Part shown: one piece after another, positions 47,830 to 58,222 of the stretch | Layout: the number at the start of each line of letters is the position of its first letter | How positions within the stretch are numbered: position 1 is the stretch's first letter | From: Candidatus Thorarchaeota archaeon | GTDB taxonomy: Archaea > Asgardarchaeota > Thorarchaeia > Thorarchaeales > Thorarchaeaceae | Length of the DNA stretch: 64,000 bases | Assembly (NCBI GenBank): GCA_016933575.1 | Contig: JAFGAR010000146.1 | Location: 1-64,000 of the forward strand | Direction of reading: 5' to 3' | Translations under genes and position numbers: made by a program | Notes under the pieces: generated by a model | What the model was told of the DNA's origin: nothing | Database searches by the model: none | Seen by the model: the letters and a program-made list of their open reading frames with translations, nothing else

Positions 47830-48687
47830 CTATGACCTGCTTACTACATCTGCAGCCTCTCGAAGTCTGTCTATCACTTCGATTGGCACTGTCATGCTTC
47901 CGAGATCATTATGGGTATTATCGCCATGAAAGTCAGTTCCACCGGTTTCTATCAGACCAAGCCCACTTGCTGCTCTCTGGACCTCTCGAATGTTGTCCTC
48001 TAAGGTAGTATCTCTATCATAATTATACACGACCTCTACTCCAATCAGACCCATGTCTTTCAATATGTGCAGTAATTCCCTTAGGTTTCCACCTGTGTAA
48101 TAGAGTGGATGTGCCAATACAGGGACTGCACCTACTTCTCGTAGTAGTCTGATACCGTCGGATATGTCTGGCCTTGCCCTCCTTACATACGCAGGCTTTC
48201 CTTCTGCCAGGTACTTTTCAAAGGCTTCGTCAATAGTATCTACGACTCCCATATCTATTAGGATTCTTGCCAGGTGAGGTCTCCCCGGTGAAGCTGCGGT
48301 CTCGAGTACTTCTCTGACATCTGAGTCCTTGATATCAAATCCCATATCTCTGAGTTTCTGAACCATCTTTGGAAATCGTGAGTGCCTATCACCTCTGAAA
48401 GCAACCAGTCTCTTCTCAAGAATCTCATCGTTCTCTGGGACATAGTATCCAAGTAGATGTAACTCGAATCCCTCGTAGTCTGTGCTGATCTCAACTCCGG
48501 GTATGCATTGAATGTCCAATCCTGCGGATGCACTGAGTAGCTCCTCATTTCCAACTATCGTATCGTGATCGGTGAGAGCAATCCCTCCTAGTCCAAGATC
48601 AATAGCCATCTCAACCAACCTTTCAGGAGGGTATACTCCATCTGAGTGACTTGAATGCAGGTGCAGGTCAGCACGGGCTTTCACCAT
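47830..48687 (-). CDS. PHP-domain phosphoesterase (TrpH/YciV-like)
   Basis: DLHLHSSHSDG, LTDHD, GRPH, AHP, GGTDFHG. Confidence 0.92.
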   Translation of the reverse strand: MVKARADLHLHSSHSDGVYPPERLVEMAIDLGLGGIALTDHDTIVGNEELLSASAGLDIQCIPGVEISTDYEGFELHLLGYYVPENDEILEKRLVAFRGDRHSRFPKMVQKLRDMGFDIKDSDVREVLETAASPGRPHLARILIDMGVVDTIDEAFEKYLAEGKPAYVRRARPDISDGIRLLREVGAVPVLAHPLYYTGGNLRELLHILKDMGLIGVEVVYNYDRDTTLEDNIREVQRAASGLGLIETGGTDFHGDNTHNDLGSMTVPIEVIDRLREAADVVSRS

Positions 48688-49084
48688 GTGCAGCCTCCCA
48701 TCGTAATCTTTCAACAAGTTTTCTGACCTTATGACATATCTTTCTGATTTCTTCCCTACTTACAGTGCTCGCAGATGGGCAGTCAGTATCAACGATGCAC
48801 TTTTTCTTTCGTGAATCATAGATAATCGGGTAGTACCTGCACCCCTCCGGTCGACTCTCATAGATTATACATTTCTTTGAGTCAGGGTCATAGAAATAAC
48901 AGTGTCCATCCACATTTTTGAGTTCACAAAAACCTGCCATTACTCTGATGAGAAAGTCCTTCTTATCATACCCCAAGGCCTCTATTCTCTCTGCATCCTC
49001 CTTGGTCAATGTCATCTCAGTCTCAGTGCAGCAGATTCTGACTTCTTCACATGAGCCATCATGATTACAGACAAAGGGCGACAA
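48668..49084 (-). CDS. YkgJ/CxxCxxCC cysteine-cluster protein
   Basis: ICC, C.FYD...C.IYESRP..CRYYP. Confidence 0.85.
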   Translation of the reverse strand: MSPFVCNHDGSCEEVRICCTETEMTLTKEDAERIEALGYDKKDFLIRVMAGFCELKNVDGHCYFYDPDSKKCIIYESRPEGCRYYPIIYDSRKKKCIVDTDCPSASTVSREEIRKICHKVRKLVERLRWEAAHGESPC

Positions 49085-49121
49085 GTTAGGTTTGAACTCC
49101 TATACATAGTTATACTGGTAG

Positions 49122-49198
49122 ATCGGTCAGTCTGCGGTTTAACGGGTCATCGCGGTGATGAGCTCGCTCACCATCCCTGCATTCATCATCATCCCGAT
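49122..49198 (-). ncRNA. Box C/D 2'-O-methylation guide sRNA (probable 16S rRNA targets)
   Basis: Terminal stem ATCGG/CCGAT, box C ATGATGA, D' GTGA, C' GCGATGA, D CTGA; D guide complementary to CUGCGGUUUAA. Confidence 0.8.
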
Positions 49199-49240
49199 AA
49201 GAGTTGAAATACTCTGGAGCCTAAATATGCTTTTCAACGG

Positions 49241-49864
49241 TCACTTTTTACCACTTCGAAGTAAAGCTACCAGTCCGATGATGATTGCTAGTTCAACAAG
49301 GATTCCAGCAAGCAGATATCCTTCTATTCTGATATAGGTTGCATCAAGATCATCTAAATTATCAGAGGTTATGAAATATTCTTCTGAATCGATCCAATAA
49401 TTCCCTGGAAATGCGCCTCCCTCTTGATAAAACATCCACATGAGAAACAAACCCATATCCTTGCTGTAGAATACTTCTTCACCTTCCTCAATTCCACTCC
49501 AACACGCAAGATTATGGACAATACTCTGATTTCCAGTGATATTGAGAATATGGTCTCCAACAGTGACTAGGAGCCCAACCTCCCATGTACTAGTATTTGC
49601 CCACAATGGAAACCCGTTGATATCCTCAGAACCAAGAACCTCTGGTAATGTATTGTTTGACACATTGATGCTCACAGGAATGTATTCTTCCTCGCCTCTC
49701 CACCCAAGGGTTGAATCAAAGGTTGAGTGAGTATGCTTGTAGACTAAGGACAGTTCAATGACTCTATCATTACTCGGTACGTCTAAGAATGCTACTGGAA
49801 CGTATGATGATACAATGAGCAAGACGCAAATAGAACCAATGACTATCTTCTTTGAAATCTCCAA
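49241..49864 (-). CDS. Membrane-anchored surface protein
   Basis: N-terminal signal, YSKDMGLFL, C-terminal TM. Confidence 0.7.
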   Translation of the reverse strand: MEISKKIVIGSICVLLIVSSYVPVAFLDVPSNDRVIELSLVYKHTHSTFDSTLGWRGEEEYIPVSINVSNNTLPEVLGSEDINGFPLWANTSTWEVGLLVTVGDHILNITGNQSIVHNLACWSGIEEGEEVFYSKDMGLFLMWMFYQEGGAFPGNYWIDSEEYFITSDNLDDLDATYIRIEGYLLAGILVELAIIIGLVALLRSGKK

Positions 49865-49926
49865 TCCCTATGGAGATTTCTCTTGTATTGCTATAAATCT
49901 AATGATTCTAAGCCGATTTCTTCACT

Positions 49927-50160
49927 CTATAGACCCTTTCTTGCGAGTCTTTTCGAAGGTGATAAGTTCTTGGTGATATCACTGAAATCCTCCCCAGATG
50001 GAGGTGTGAGTGTTGGAAGTGTCTTTCCAGTCAATTTCAGGTATGTTGCTGCACGAACCCCATAGAGGTAGGAAATGAGATCTGTTGGGGGCGAGATTGC
50101 TCCAGTCCTGAGAGCACGTCTTCTTCCAAACATATCAAAGAGTCGTTCCAGTAGATTCAT
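49927..50160 (-). CDS. Small hypothetical protein
   Basis: ATG-initiated 77-aa ORF filling an intergenic gap. Confidence 0.4.
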   Translation of the reverse strand: MNLLERLFDMFGRRRALRTGAISPPTDLISYLYGVRAATYLKLTGKTLPTLTPPSGEDFSDITKNLSPSKRLARKGL

Positions 50161-50286
50161 CTTATTCTATCCAATCAATCCTTTGGATGGATTGCAGAAA
50201 AGAATTTGGAAGTAGACATTTGATTGTCTATCAGTACCTGAACATAACACTACGGAACAGATTATAAGAAGTCTTCCCAGTGGTGA

Positions 50287-50613
50287 TTGAAATCGATGAG
50301 TATGAAGCGTCTGTTGTGGTGGATTATTGCTGGTACCCGCGGAGGAGCGAACCGGGCAAGAATCATTACTATTCTGCATGATAGGCCATCAAATGCAAAT
50401 CAATTAGCAGAGATGCTCAATCTCGATTACAAGACCATACGTCATCATCTTGATGTCCTCACAAAGAATGGGATTATCGTTACTCAGGGGGATGGGTATG
50501 GTATGGTCTATTTTCTCTCTGTTGAAGTTGAGGAAGAGTATGCTATTTTTCAAGACATATGGGAGAGATTTGGGAAAACACGGAAAAGCAAAACCCGCTC
50601 TGAGGAGGACTAA
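50287..50613 (+). CDS. ArsR-like winged-HTH regulator
   Basis: GTRGGANRARII...NANQLA...DYKTIRHHL. Confidence 0.88.
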   Translation: MKSMSMKRLLWWIIAGTRGGANRARIITILHDRPSNANQLAEMLNLDYKTIRHHLDVLTKNGIIVTQGDGYGMVYFLSVEVEEEYAIFQDIWERFGKTRKSKTRSEED

Positions 50614-50615
50614 TA

Positions 50616-51038
50616 ATGAAACACACTCGATTGTTGATTTGGATTATAGTATCAGTAGTTGCAGCCATTATCTTAGGATTTATTCTATCCCCCATCGTAT
50701 TGAAACCTCCTGCTCAACCCCCGGCTCCAATCCCTCCTGAAGGTAATGACCAACTTGCGTTCCTTGTCACTCTAAAGACAATTGTTTCCTTCGTGAATAT
50801 TGCTTTGATTGCCACATTGCTTGGACTCTACTATCGGATCTACTCAGAGATACGATCACGATTCACACTCGGCCTAATCCTCCTCATCCTTGTACTTTTG
50901 ATGTATGCCATCACTTCAAATCCCCTTATTCACATTCTCTTTGGGTACTATCCCTTTGGCTTAGGACCCTTCACTGTTCTTCCTGACCTATTCTCATCCT
51001 TTGCTCTCATCGTTCTTCTCTATCTTAGCTCAGAATAG
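50616..51038 (+). CDS. Small 4-TM membrane protein, partner of the ArsR-like regulator
   Basis: RSRFTLGL; four TM segments. Confidence 0.75.
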   Translation: MKHTRLLIWIIVSVVAAIILGFILSPIVLKPPAQPPAPIPPEGNDQLAFLVTLKTIVSFVNIALIATLLGLYYRIYSEIRSRFTLGLILLILVLLMYAITSNPLIHILFGYYPFGLGPFTVLPDLFSSFALIVLLYLSSE

Positions 51039-51148
51039 GGTAAGATTTGGGAATGATTCAGGTGAGAATTCGGTTAGAGATTATATAGTATTCACATCAA
51101 GCTCTTGCTCAGATGACATTCTAACCGAAACCCGGAGAAATATCTACC

Positions 51149-52648
51149 ATGACTGAGAACACGCCTCAACAAAACCAGCCGCGCCTTTTTGATAGGAGTC
51201 ATCTCCGTGACTACACACTATTCACAATTGGTCTTGGGTTCATAATCAGTCTATACTATGTCTTTTCTGGATCATTTTCAAATGGACCTGGTCGTTCACC
51301 CTCACCTCCAGGAGGCTTTAGCCCTCCTGCGGATTCTGTGGTCATGCCAAATATGCCGGGATTGATGTACAACATATGGCCTCTCTGGGGTCAGTTAGTT
51401 GTTCCATCTCTGGAAGGTGTAGCAATTGCTGTTCTAGCTATCACTCTTTTAGGCATTTCATTACTTGCTCTGAAGAAGCGCCAGTACAGGTTACCAGCTC
51501 TTCCAATTCTCCTCACGTTGGGTCTTGTCCTCATAGTCCTCACAAATCTCATACATGGATGGACTACAGGGATTGCGGATACTATTGGTGCTGCTAGTGA
51601 AATATACTCAGACATCTCTAAAGTAGTAGATCCGATATCCTTCATCTCCAACTACAACTCACTCCAAGAAATTCTCTCTCTCCACGCGCAGACCCAACCC
51701 CCAGGAGCAGTTCTTGCAATCTATCTCCTTAACTTGATATTTCAGACCCCTGCGTTCATAGCCATCGGACTCAGTGTGATCTCTGGTATTCTCTCTGCAT
51801 ACTTCATCAATGGGCTCTATACCCGACTCTTTGAAAAGGAGTCAGCAAGATATGGTGTCTTTCTCTATCTTCTATTGCCTGCAGTTCAAGTCTATTATCT
51901 GGCTAATATCTATGCTATCGTAGCGACTCTTGCCGCAGGAGCGTCGTATTTCTATTTTCATCCCAATAAGATAGTCAGTCTGATTGGCATAATAGTGACT
52001 GTGTTTCTTGGAACTTTCATCTCATTCCTCTTTGTCTATATTCCAATTCTCTTTCTGACCTATGAGTTACTGAATTCTTGGTCTACATCCCGGAATCAAC
52101 CTCTTTCCACGAGGGTGTTCCATTGGATGTTATCTCTCAATAAGATCATAGTGGCTGGAGTATGCATAGTCCTTGTCTATGCTGTCCTGTATTTTGGACT
52201 TGGTTTCAGCTATGTGCAAGCCTTTCTCTATGCGAGTTCACTTGAGAATCCTAGTGGATTCATGCTCCTAGCTAGTCCTCTCGATTATGTTGTCACTAGG
52301 TTGCAGGATATACTTGACATCGTGGTCTTCTTTGGACCCGTGTTATCTGTTTTAGCGTATCGTGGCTTGAAATCAATGAAGCTCACAATGCCTCTAGAAG
52401 AGAATGCGACCAAAACATTCAATCTTGTTGCTGCTTCTCTTGTAGCCTTGCTTCTGCTCTTCGTAACAGGAGCTCCCAAAAAGGGCGAGACCGCACGCAT
52501 CTGCATGTTCGTACTTCCGCTACTCTTGATTCCCGTACTCTACTATCTCAATAATACTGCTTTTAGTCGGGCTGAGAAGATCAAACTCCTGCTACTGGTT
52601 TTCGGGCAGGCGGTACTGCTACAGTTATTTGGTCTTTACATATGGTAG
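51149..52648 (+). CDS. Polytopic membrane protein, GT-C/mannosyltransferase-like
   Basis: HAQTQPPG loop, GETARI, many TM helices. Confidence 0.6.
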   Translation: MTENTPQQNQPRLFDRSHLRDYTLFTIGLGFIISLYYVFSGSFSNGPGRSPSPPGGFSPPADSVVMPNMPGLMYNIWPLWGQLVVPSLEGVAIAVLAITLLGISLLALKKRQYRLPALPILLTLGLVLIVLTNLIHGWTTGIADTIGAASEIYSDISKVVDPISFISNYNSLQEILSLHAQTQPPGAVLAIYLLNLIFQTPAFIAIGLSVISGILSAYFINGLYTRLFEKESARYGVFLYLLLPAVQVYYLANIYAIVATLAAGASYFYFHPNKIVSLIGIIVTVFLGTFISFLFVYIPILFLTYELLNSWSTSRNQPLSTRVFHWMLSLNKIIVAGVCIVLVYAVLYFGLGFSYVQAFLYASSLENPSGFMLLASPLDYVVTRLQDILDIVVFFGPVLSVLAYRGLKSMKLTMPLEENATKTFNLVAASLVALLLLFVTGAPKKGETARICMFVLPLLLIPVLYYLNNTAFSRAEKIKLLLLVFGQAVLLQLFGLYIW

Positions 52649-52697
52649 AATCGTGCGGCCTCAGCCCACCCTTTTTGGGATTTTGCAGTCGTAAGAG

Positions 52698-52734
52698 AAT
52701 GGTCACTAAGCCAAAGCGCTAAATAGTGACCATT
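52698..52734. promoter_or_regulatory. 11-bp inverted repeat around the putative ABCE1 promoter
   Basis: AATGGTCACTA-N15-TAGTGACCATT. Confidence 0.55.
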
Positions 52735-52773
52735 GTCTCACTTGGACAGCTCTTCTATGGGTGTGAAGTATAG

Positions 52774-54594
52774 ATGCGTATTGCCATTGTAGACCGAGCC
52801 AGATGTAGACCAAAGGACTGCTCTCACGAATGTCAGAGGTTCTGTCCTCGCGTTCGTACTGGCGACGAGACCGTGATCTTTCCAGAGGGTCCAGACAAAC
52901 CTCCTGTCATTGTCGAAGCCTTATGTAGTGGTGAGGCCATATGCGTCAAGAAATGTCCCTATCACGTCATCAAGATTGTAAATCTCCCTGAAGAGCTGGA
53001 GTCTGATACTAGCCATCGATACAGTGTGAATGGCTTCAAGCTGTTCCGTCTCCCAACACCTAAAGTGGGCCAGGTACTTGGATTGATTGGACCAAATGGT
53101 GTCGGAAAGACAACAGCAATCCAGATACTTGCTGGTGAGCTGAGACCAAATATGGGTCGAATTGACAATCCTCCTGAATGGGATGAAATTATCCATCAAT
53201 ATCGCGGTTCTGAACTTCAACCCTTCTTTGAACGGATTCAGGCAGGTAACATTGTTCCTGTACACAAACCTCAGACCATCACAGATATCCCAAAAATGAA
53301 AGCTATTGCGGATCGCCCCATCAGTGACCTTCTTGAGTCTTCAGATACATCTGGCCGTCTTAAAGAACTCAAGGATGACATGAATCTTGGAGACATCTGG
53401 GACCGTCCTGTCAAGGTCCTCAGTGGCGGCGAGCTCCAACGTGTGGCTATCACTGCAGCTCTTGTCCGTGAGGGTGACATTTACTTCTTCGACGAACCCA
53501 CTGCGTATCTTGACGTTCGTGAACGTCTCAGGGTAGGACGCGCAATACGTCAGCTTGCTGACCTAGGAAAGACAGTCATCGTTGTTGAACACGACCTGTC
53601 TATCTTGGACTATGTATCTGACCTCGTGTGTCTATTTTACGGCAATCCCGGAGTGTATGGTATTATCTCCAATCCTCATGGTACCAGAGTAGGAGTGAAT
53701 CAGTTTCTTGATGGATTCATTCCTGATGAGAACATGCGATTCCGTGACACCTCAATCTCATTCAAGGGAATGTCTACAGAGGATATTGAGTTCACCTCTT
53801 CTGAGCCCCTCGTTGAATATGGGAACATGAAGAAGAGCTTTGAAGATTTCTCTCTAGAAGTGATGAGTGGTAGAGTCTCGAAGGGACAGGTCATTGGAAT
53901 TCTTGGACCTAATGGTATTGGTAAGACAACCTTTGTACGAATGCTTGCTGGCGAGCTTGACCCTGATGAGGGTGAGGCACCAAAGAAGACGATCTCTGGG
54001 CTTGATCTGAAGATCAGCTATAAGCCCCAGTATATTCCCAAAGACTTCGAGGGCAACTTGCGGATGTATCTCCGAGAGGCTGGTGGAAATACCATCGATA
54101 GTGCTGACTTCAAGACATCGGTCATCAATAAGCTAGAATTGGAGCATCTATTAGACCACCAGATCCAGGACCTAAGTGGTGGAGAACTTCAACGAGCTGC
54201 AATTGCAGCCTGTCTCTCTCGAGAGGCTGATATCTACCTGTTGGATGAACCCTCTGCCTTCTTGGACATCGAACAGCGCCTTGCTAGTTCAAGAGCTATA
54301 CGAAGGCATGTTCGGATAAATCTGAAGACTGCATTTGTCGTCGAACACTCAATTCTCATGGCTGACTATCTCAGTGACAGCTTGGTGGTGTTCAAAGGAA
54401 ATCCTGGAAAGACTGGTATTGCCTCTTCTGTTCAGACTCTACGTAGTGGCATGAATTCCTTCCTCAAGGAGATGGGCGTGACTTTCCGGAGAGACCCCCA
54501 GACTGGTCGTCCCCGAGTGAACAAGGATGGATCTCAATTAGACTCTCAACAGAAGGCATCCGGTGATTATTACTACGTGGGAAAAGGCAAGTAA
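52774..54594 (+). CDS. rli: Ribosome recycling ATPase ABCE1/Rli1
   Basis: N-terminal Fe-S domain, two NBDs (GPNGVGKT, GPNGIGKT, LSGGELQR), TFRRD...RPRVNK. Confidence 0.97.
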   Translation: MRIAIVDRARCRPKDCSHECQRFCPRVRTGDETVIFPEGPDKPPVIVEALCSGEAICVKKCPYHVIKIVNLPEELESDTSHRYSVNGFKLFRLPTPKVGQVLGLIGPNGVGKTTAIQILAGELRPNMGRIDNPPEWDEIIHQYRGSELQPFFERIQAGNIVPVHKPQTITDIPKMKAIADRPISDLLESSDTSGRLKELKDDMNLGDIWDRPVKVLSGGELQRVAITAALVREGDIYFFDEPTAYLDVRERLRVGRAIRQLADLGKTVIVVEHDLSILDYVSDLVCLFYGNPGVYGIISNPHGTRVGVNQFLDGFIPDENMRFRDTSISFKGMSTEDIEFTSSEPLVEYGNMKKSFEDFSLEVMSGRVSKGQVIGILGPNGIGKTTFVRMLAGELDPDEGEAPKKTISGLDLKISYKPQYIPKDFEGNLRMYLREAGGNTIDSADFKTSVINKLELEHLLDHQIQDLSGGELQRAAIAACLSREADIYLLDEPSAFLDIEQRLASSRAIRRHVRINLKTAFVVEHSILMADYLSDSLVVFKGNPGKTGIASSVQTLRSGMNSFLKEMGVTFRRDPQTGRPRVNKDGSQLDSQQKASGDYYYVGKGK

Positions 54595-54603
54595 TTGTTG
54601 AAG

Positions 54604-55431
54604 TTACTTATTGAGTCGACGATGCCAGTATCTCTTTCCATCTTTTTGTTCATCTAGCTCTGCAAGTATCTTCACAGCTTCATTACCGCATTTAATGACA
54701 TCTGCCTCTCCCCTGACTGCAAACTCATCCCGTACGCGATTTGCATAGACTGCACAGGCAGCTCCGGTCCTGAATCCATAGATATTGCCGAGAGTCAATA
54801 ATGTTGCAGCCTCCATCTCAAAATTCATCACATTTGCCTTAGTTAAGTCTTGAATCAGTGTTTCACTCATAGTCTGCGTATACCCATTGAATCCCGGTCT
54901 TGATTGACCAAGATAAAATGAATCAGTTGAAGCAGAGATTCCCAAATGATAGGTCAAACCTAGCGTTTCTGCCGCCTCAACAAAGGCAAGAATGACTTCA
55001 TAGCACGCTGAAGCAGGATATTCTTGCCTAACATATTGTTTACTTGTCCCTTCTAGGCGTACTGCTCCAGTGGTTATGATAATGTCACCAATATTGACAT
55101 CTTCCTTCAGAGTCGCACATGATCCAATTCGGAGAAATGTGTCTGCTCCGACATTGGCGAGTTCCTCGATCACAATCGCTGTACCTGGCCCTCCGATTCC
55201 TGTGGAACATGCAGAGATGTCCTTCCCCTTGTACTTGCCTGTGTGAGTCACAAACTGACGGTGGGAAGCAGCCTCTCTATAAGAGTCCCAGTGAGCACTT
55301 ATTCGCTCCACTCGTTGTGGATCTCCTGGTATCAGAACAGATCTAGCAACATCTCCTTCCTTGACCTCAAGATGGTATTGCTTCCTGTCAAGTGTAACTG
55401 GTTTTTTTGCTGAAACCTTCTTGTCTGTCAT
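54604..55431 (-). CDS. udp: Uridine phosphorylase
   Basis: PGDPQR, STGIGGP, RIGSC, SFYLGQ, NFEME. Confidence 0.9.
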   Translation of the reverse strand: MTDKKVSAKKPVTLDRKQYHLEVKEGDVARSVLIPGDPQRVERISAHWDSYREAASHRQFVTHTGKYKGKDISACSTGIGGPGTAIVIEELANVGADTFLRIGSCATLKEDVNIGDIIITTGAVRLEGTSKQYVRQEYPASACYEVILAFVEAAETLGLTYHLGISASTDSFYLGQSRPGFNGYTQTMSETLIQDLTKANVMNFEMEAATLLTLGNIYGFRTGAACAVYANRVRDEFAVRGEADVIKCGNEAVKILAELDEQKDGKRYWHRRLNK

Positions 55432-55557
55432 TTCTCTACCTCTCGGATACCTTTTATTGTAATCAGAATTCCCTTTTGTATTCAACGCCTAGCCAGTCTC
55501 GTTAAGCATATAGGAAGAATCGGCTACAAAAAGGGCGTATCACTGAGGTAAAACGTT

Positions 55558-56445
55558 ATGACATCACTCGATGAACTGGACCATCTCAGCTTGGGAAAAC
55601 GAGTACGCTTACACAGAATGATGTATGAACACGGCCCTGGAAACGGGAAGTTAATGATACTTCCTATCGACCAAGGTCTAGAACATGGTCCGGTTGACTT
55701 CTTTACCAATCCTGCATCAGCTGATCCTGAGTATCAATTCAAGCTTGCTGTTAAGGGCGGTTATTCAGGCATTGCGTTACATCTTGGTCTAGCAGAGAAA
55801 TATGGTCCAAAATATGCTGGAAAGATACCTATGGTCCTGAAGATAAATGGCAAGACACGGATTCCCCCAGCCAATGAACCAATATCTCCAATGACTGGTT
55901 CAGTAGAGGACGCGGTACGAATTGGAGCCGATGCCATTGGTTACACATTGTATGTTGGTAGTCCCAATCAGACCCTTGATTTCACGCAGTTCAGGAAGGT
56001 CAAGAAAGATGCAGAGAGATATGGAATGCCTATTATCATGTGGGCATATCCGCGAGGTGAGGCTGTCGATAAGAAGGGGGGTCGTGACTCGCTCTATGCT
56101 ATTGATTATGCCGCACGTGTAGCTGATGAGCTGGGTGCTGACATTGTGAAACTCAATGTACCTGAAGATGATCCCAAGATACGTTCCCTGCAGCCCAGTC
56201 CCTATGATAAATTGGAGCTAAGCTATGAGGAACGTGTTCGAAAGGTTGTGAAGACAGCAGGCAAGTGCATGGTGTTATTCTCTGGCGGTAGTCGGGTTAG
56301 TGATGATGATGTCATCCATCGAGCCAAAGTATGCCTCGAAGAAGGTGCAACAGGTCTCATATTTGGGAGAAATCTGTGGCAGAGAGAATGGACGGATGCA
56401 CTTGCAATGACCAAGCGGCTCAAAGATATGATAAAGAACCTGTAA
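55558..56445 (+). CDS. fbaB: Class I fructose-bisphosphate aldolase (DhnA/FbaB type)
   Basis: PIDQGLEHGP, WAYPRG, LGADIVK, FGRN. Confidence 0.9.
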   Translation: MTSLDELDHLSLGKRVRLHRMMYEHGPGNGKLMILPIDQGLEHGPVDFFTNPASADPEYQFKLAVKGGYSGIALHLGLAEKYGPKYAGKIPMVLKINGKTRIPPANEPISPMTGSVEDAVRIGADAIGYTLYVGSPNQTLDFTQFRKVKKDAERYGMPIIMWAYPRGEAVDKKGGRDSLYAIDYAARVADELGADIVKLNVPEDDPKIRSLQPSPYDKLELSYEERVRKVVKTAGKCMVLFSGGSRVSDDDVIHRAKVCLEEGATGLIFGRNLWQREWTDALAMTKRLKDMIKNL

Positions 56446-56577
56446 TCGTACAGTCATATTTGCCACTCACACTGTTGCCTTACTAAATGATAACTATTAT
56501 ATGGGGAAAGAATAGTCGAAGGTCTCAGCGGGGCATGATTTTTTGCAGCCTCCAAGAAAAAAGATTGAAGGAGCGAA

Positions 56578-57732
56578 ATGCAAATGGTCGAAACCACCAT
56601 TAGCGTGATTAAAGCTGATATTGGATCACTAGCTGGTCATGTTGTTGTTCCCGACTTCCTCTTTGAATTGGCAAGGAAGTCGTTGAAAGAAGCCGTGGAG
56701 AAGAAAATAATCAATGACTTCCACGTATCAAATGCTGGAGATGACCTCGAGCTTATAATGACCCATAACAAGGGTGACGGAAATGAGGAAGTCCACAAGT
56801 TAGCTTGGGACACATTCATCAAAGGCACAGAACTTGCGCGGAAGAATAAGATCTATGCAGCAGGTCAAGATATCCTTGCTGACACTTTCAGTGGTAATGT
56901 GAAGGGTATGGGTCCCGGTTCAGCAGAGATGACTTTTGAAGAGCGAAAGTCGGAACCTATTGCAGTCTTTATGGCTGACAAGACTGAGCCTGGAGCATAC
57001 AATCTACCACTATTCAAGATCTTCGCAGACCCATTCAACACAGCGGGTCTTGTTATTGATCCCAATCTACACGATGGATTCCGTTTTGTCATTCAGGACA
57101 TCATGAAGGATGTACCATGCTTCATTGAAATGAAAGCTCCTGAAGAGATGTACGACATACTGGCGCTTCTTGGGAGCACTGGTCGTTACACTATCAAGAA
57201 GGTCTATCGCTATGATGGAATGATCACGGCATCTGTGAGCACTGACAAACTCCATGCAGTCGCTGGTAAGTATGTTGGCAAGGATGATCCTGTTGCCATC
57301 GTACGCGCACACTCTGGTCTTCCAGCTATGGGCGAAGTTCTAGAAGCATTTACACTTCCTCACCTGGTATCTGGTTGGATGAGAGGATCACATACAGGAC
57401 CTCTCTTGCCTGTTGGTCTGAAAGACTCTCGATGTACTCGTTTCGATGGACCTCCAAGAGTAATAGCACTTGGTTTCCAAGTCTCCCACGGAAAACTACT
57501 TGGTCCTGTGGATCTCTTTGATGACGTTGCCTTTGACATCAGCCGTCAGAGAGGTATGGAGATGGCCGACTACCTACGAAGACATGGACCATTCCAGCCT
57601 CACAGACTCAGCGATGATCAAATGGAGTACACGACACTACCCAAAGTACTCACAAGATGTGAAAACCGATTCGTCACAAAAGAAATCGTACCCACTGGAA
57701 AGGCTAAGGATCACTCTAGCTCTGCAGAGTAG
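56578..57732 (+). CDS. fbp: Bifunctional FBP aldolase/phosphatase
   Basis: IKADIG, GQD, DKTEPGA, YVGKDDP, GWMRGSH, EYTTLP. Confidence 0.95.
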   Translation: MQMVETTISVIKADIGSLAGHVVVPDFLFELARKSLKEAVEKKIINDFHVSNAGDDLELIMTHNKGDGNEEVHKLAWDTFIKGTELARKNKIYAAGQDILADTFSGNVKGMGPGSAEMTFEERKSEPIAVFMADKTEPGAYNLPLFKIFADPFNTAGLVIDPNLHDGFRFVIQDIMKDVPCFIEMKAPEEMYDILALLGSTGRYTIKKVYRYDGMITASVSTDKLHAVAGKYVGKDDPVAIVRAHSGLPAMGEVLEAFTLPHLVSGWMRGSHTGPLLPVGLKDSRCTRFDGPPRVIALGFQVSHGKLLGPVDLFDDVAFDISRQRGMEMADYLRRHGPFQPHRLSDDQMEYTTLPKVLTRCENRFVTKEIVPTGKAKDHSSSAE

Positions 57733-57795
57733 AAGTAAGTGCGGGATTCAATACTCCCGCCCCTTCATCCTTTCCAAATTAGAGATATTCATACA

Positions 57796-58086
57796 CTATC
57801 CAGTTCTTTTAATGATATGATATCCAAATTTCGTCTTCACCGGATCTATTGTCATTGCTCCAATACTCAGACCAAATGCAGCTTTTTCGAACTCTGCCAC
57901 CATCTGCCCTTTTGCGAACCAACCGAGGTCACCGCCCTTCTTCTTGGAAGGACATGTACTGTATTCTCTAGCAATCTTTGTGAAATCTTCTCCAGAGTTG
58001 ATTCTCCCAATGAGTGCCTGAGCTTGGCTATGCTTCTCTACAAGGATATGACTTGCGCGTACCTTTCCGCCTTTTACTTTTGACAT
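57796..58086 (-). CDS. Parvulin-type peptidyl-prolyl isomerase
   Basis: ASHILV, STCPS..KGGDLG, FGYHII. Confidence 0.93.
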   Translation of the reverse strand: MSKVKGGKVRASHILVEKHSQAQALIGRINSGEDFTKIAREYSTCPSKKKGGDLGWFAKGQMVAEFEKAAFGLSIGAMTIDPVKTKFGYHIIKRTG

Positions 58087-58222
58087 ATAATCACCAAATT
58101 ATGGTTAGATAGTTCTACCATTATAGAGAGTGTCTTAAAGTTGTCCACATACACTCTAGCTGAGAAAGGCAAGAATTTATGACGAAAGAAGCTGGTACTC
58201 TTACACTCCAAGGGTGTGAAAG

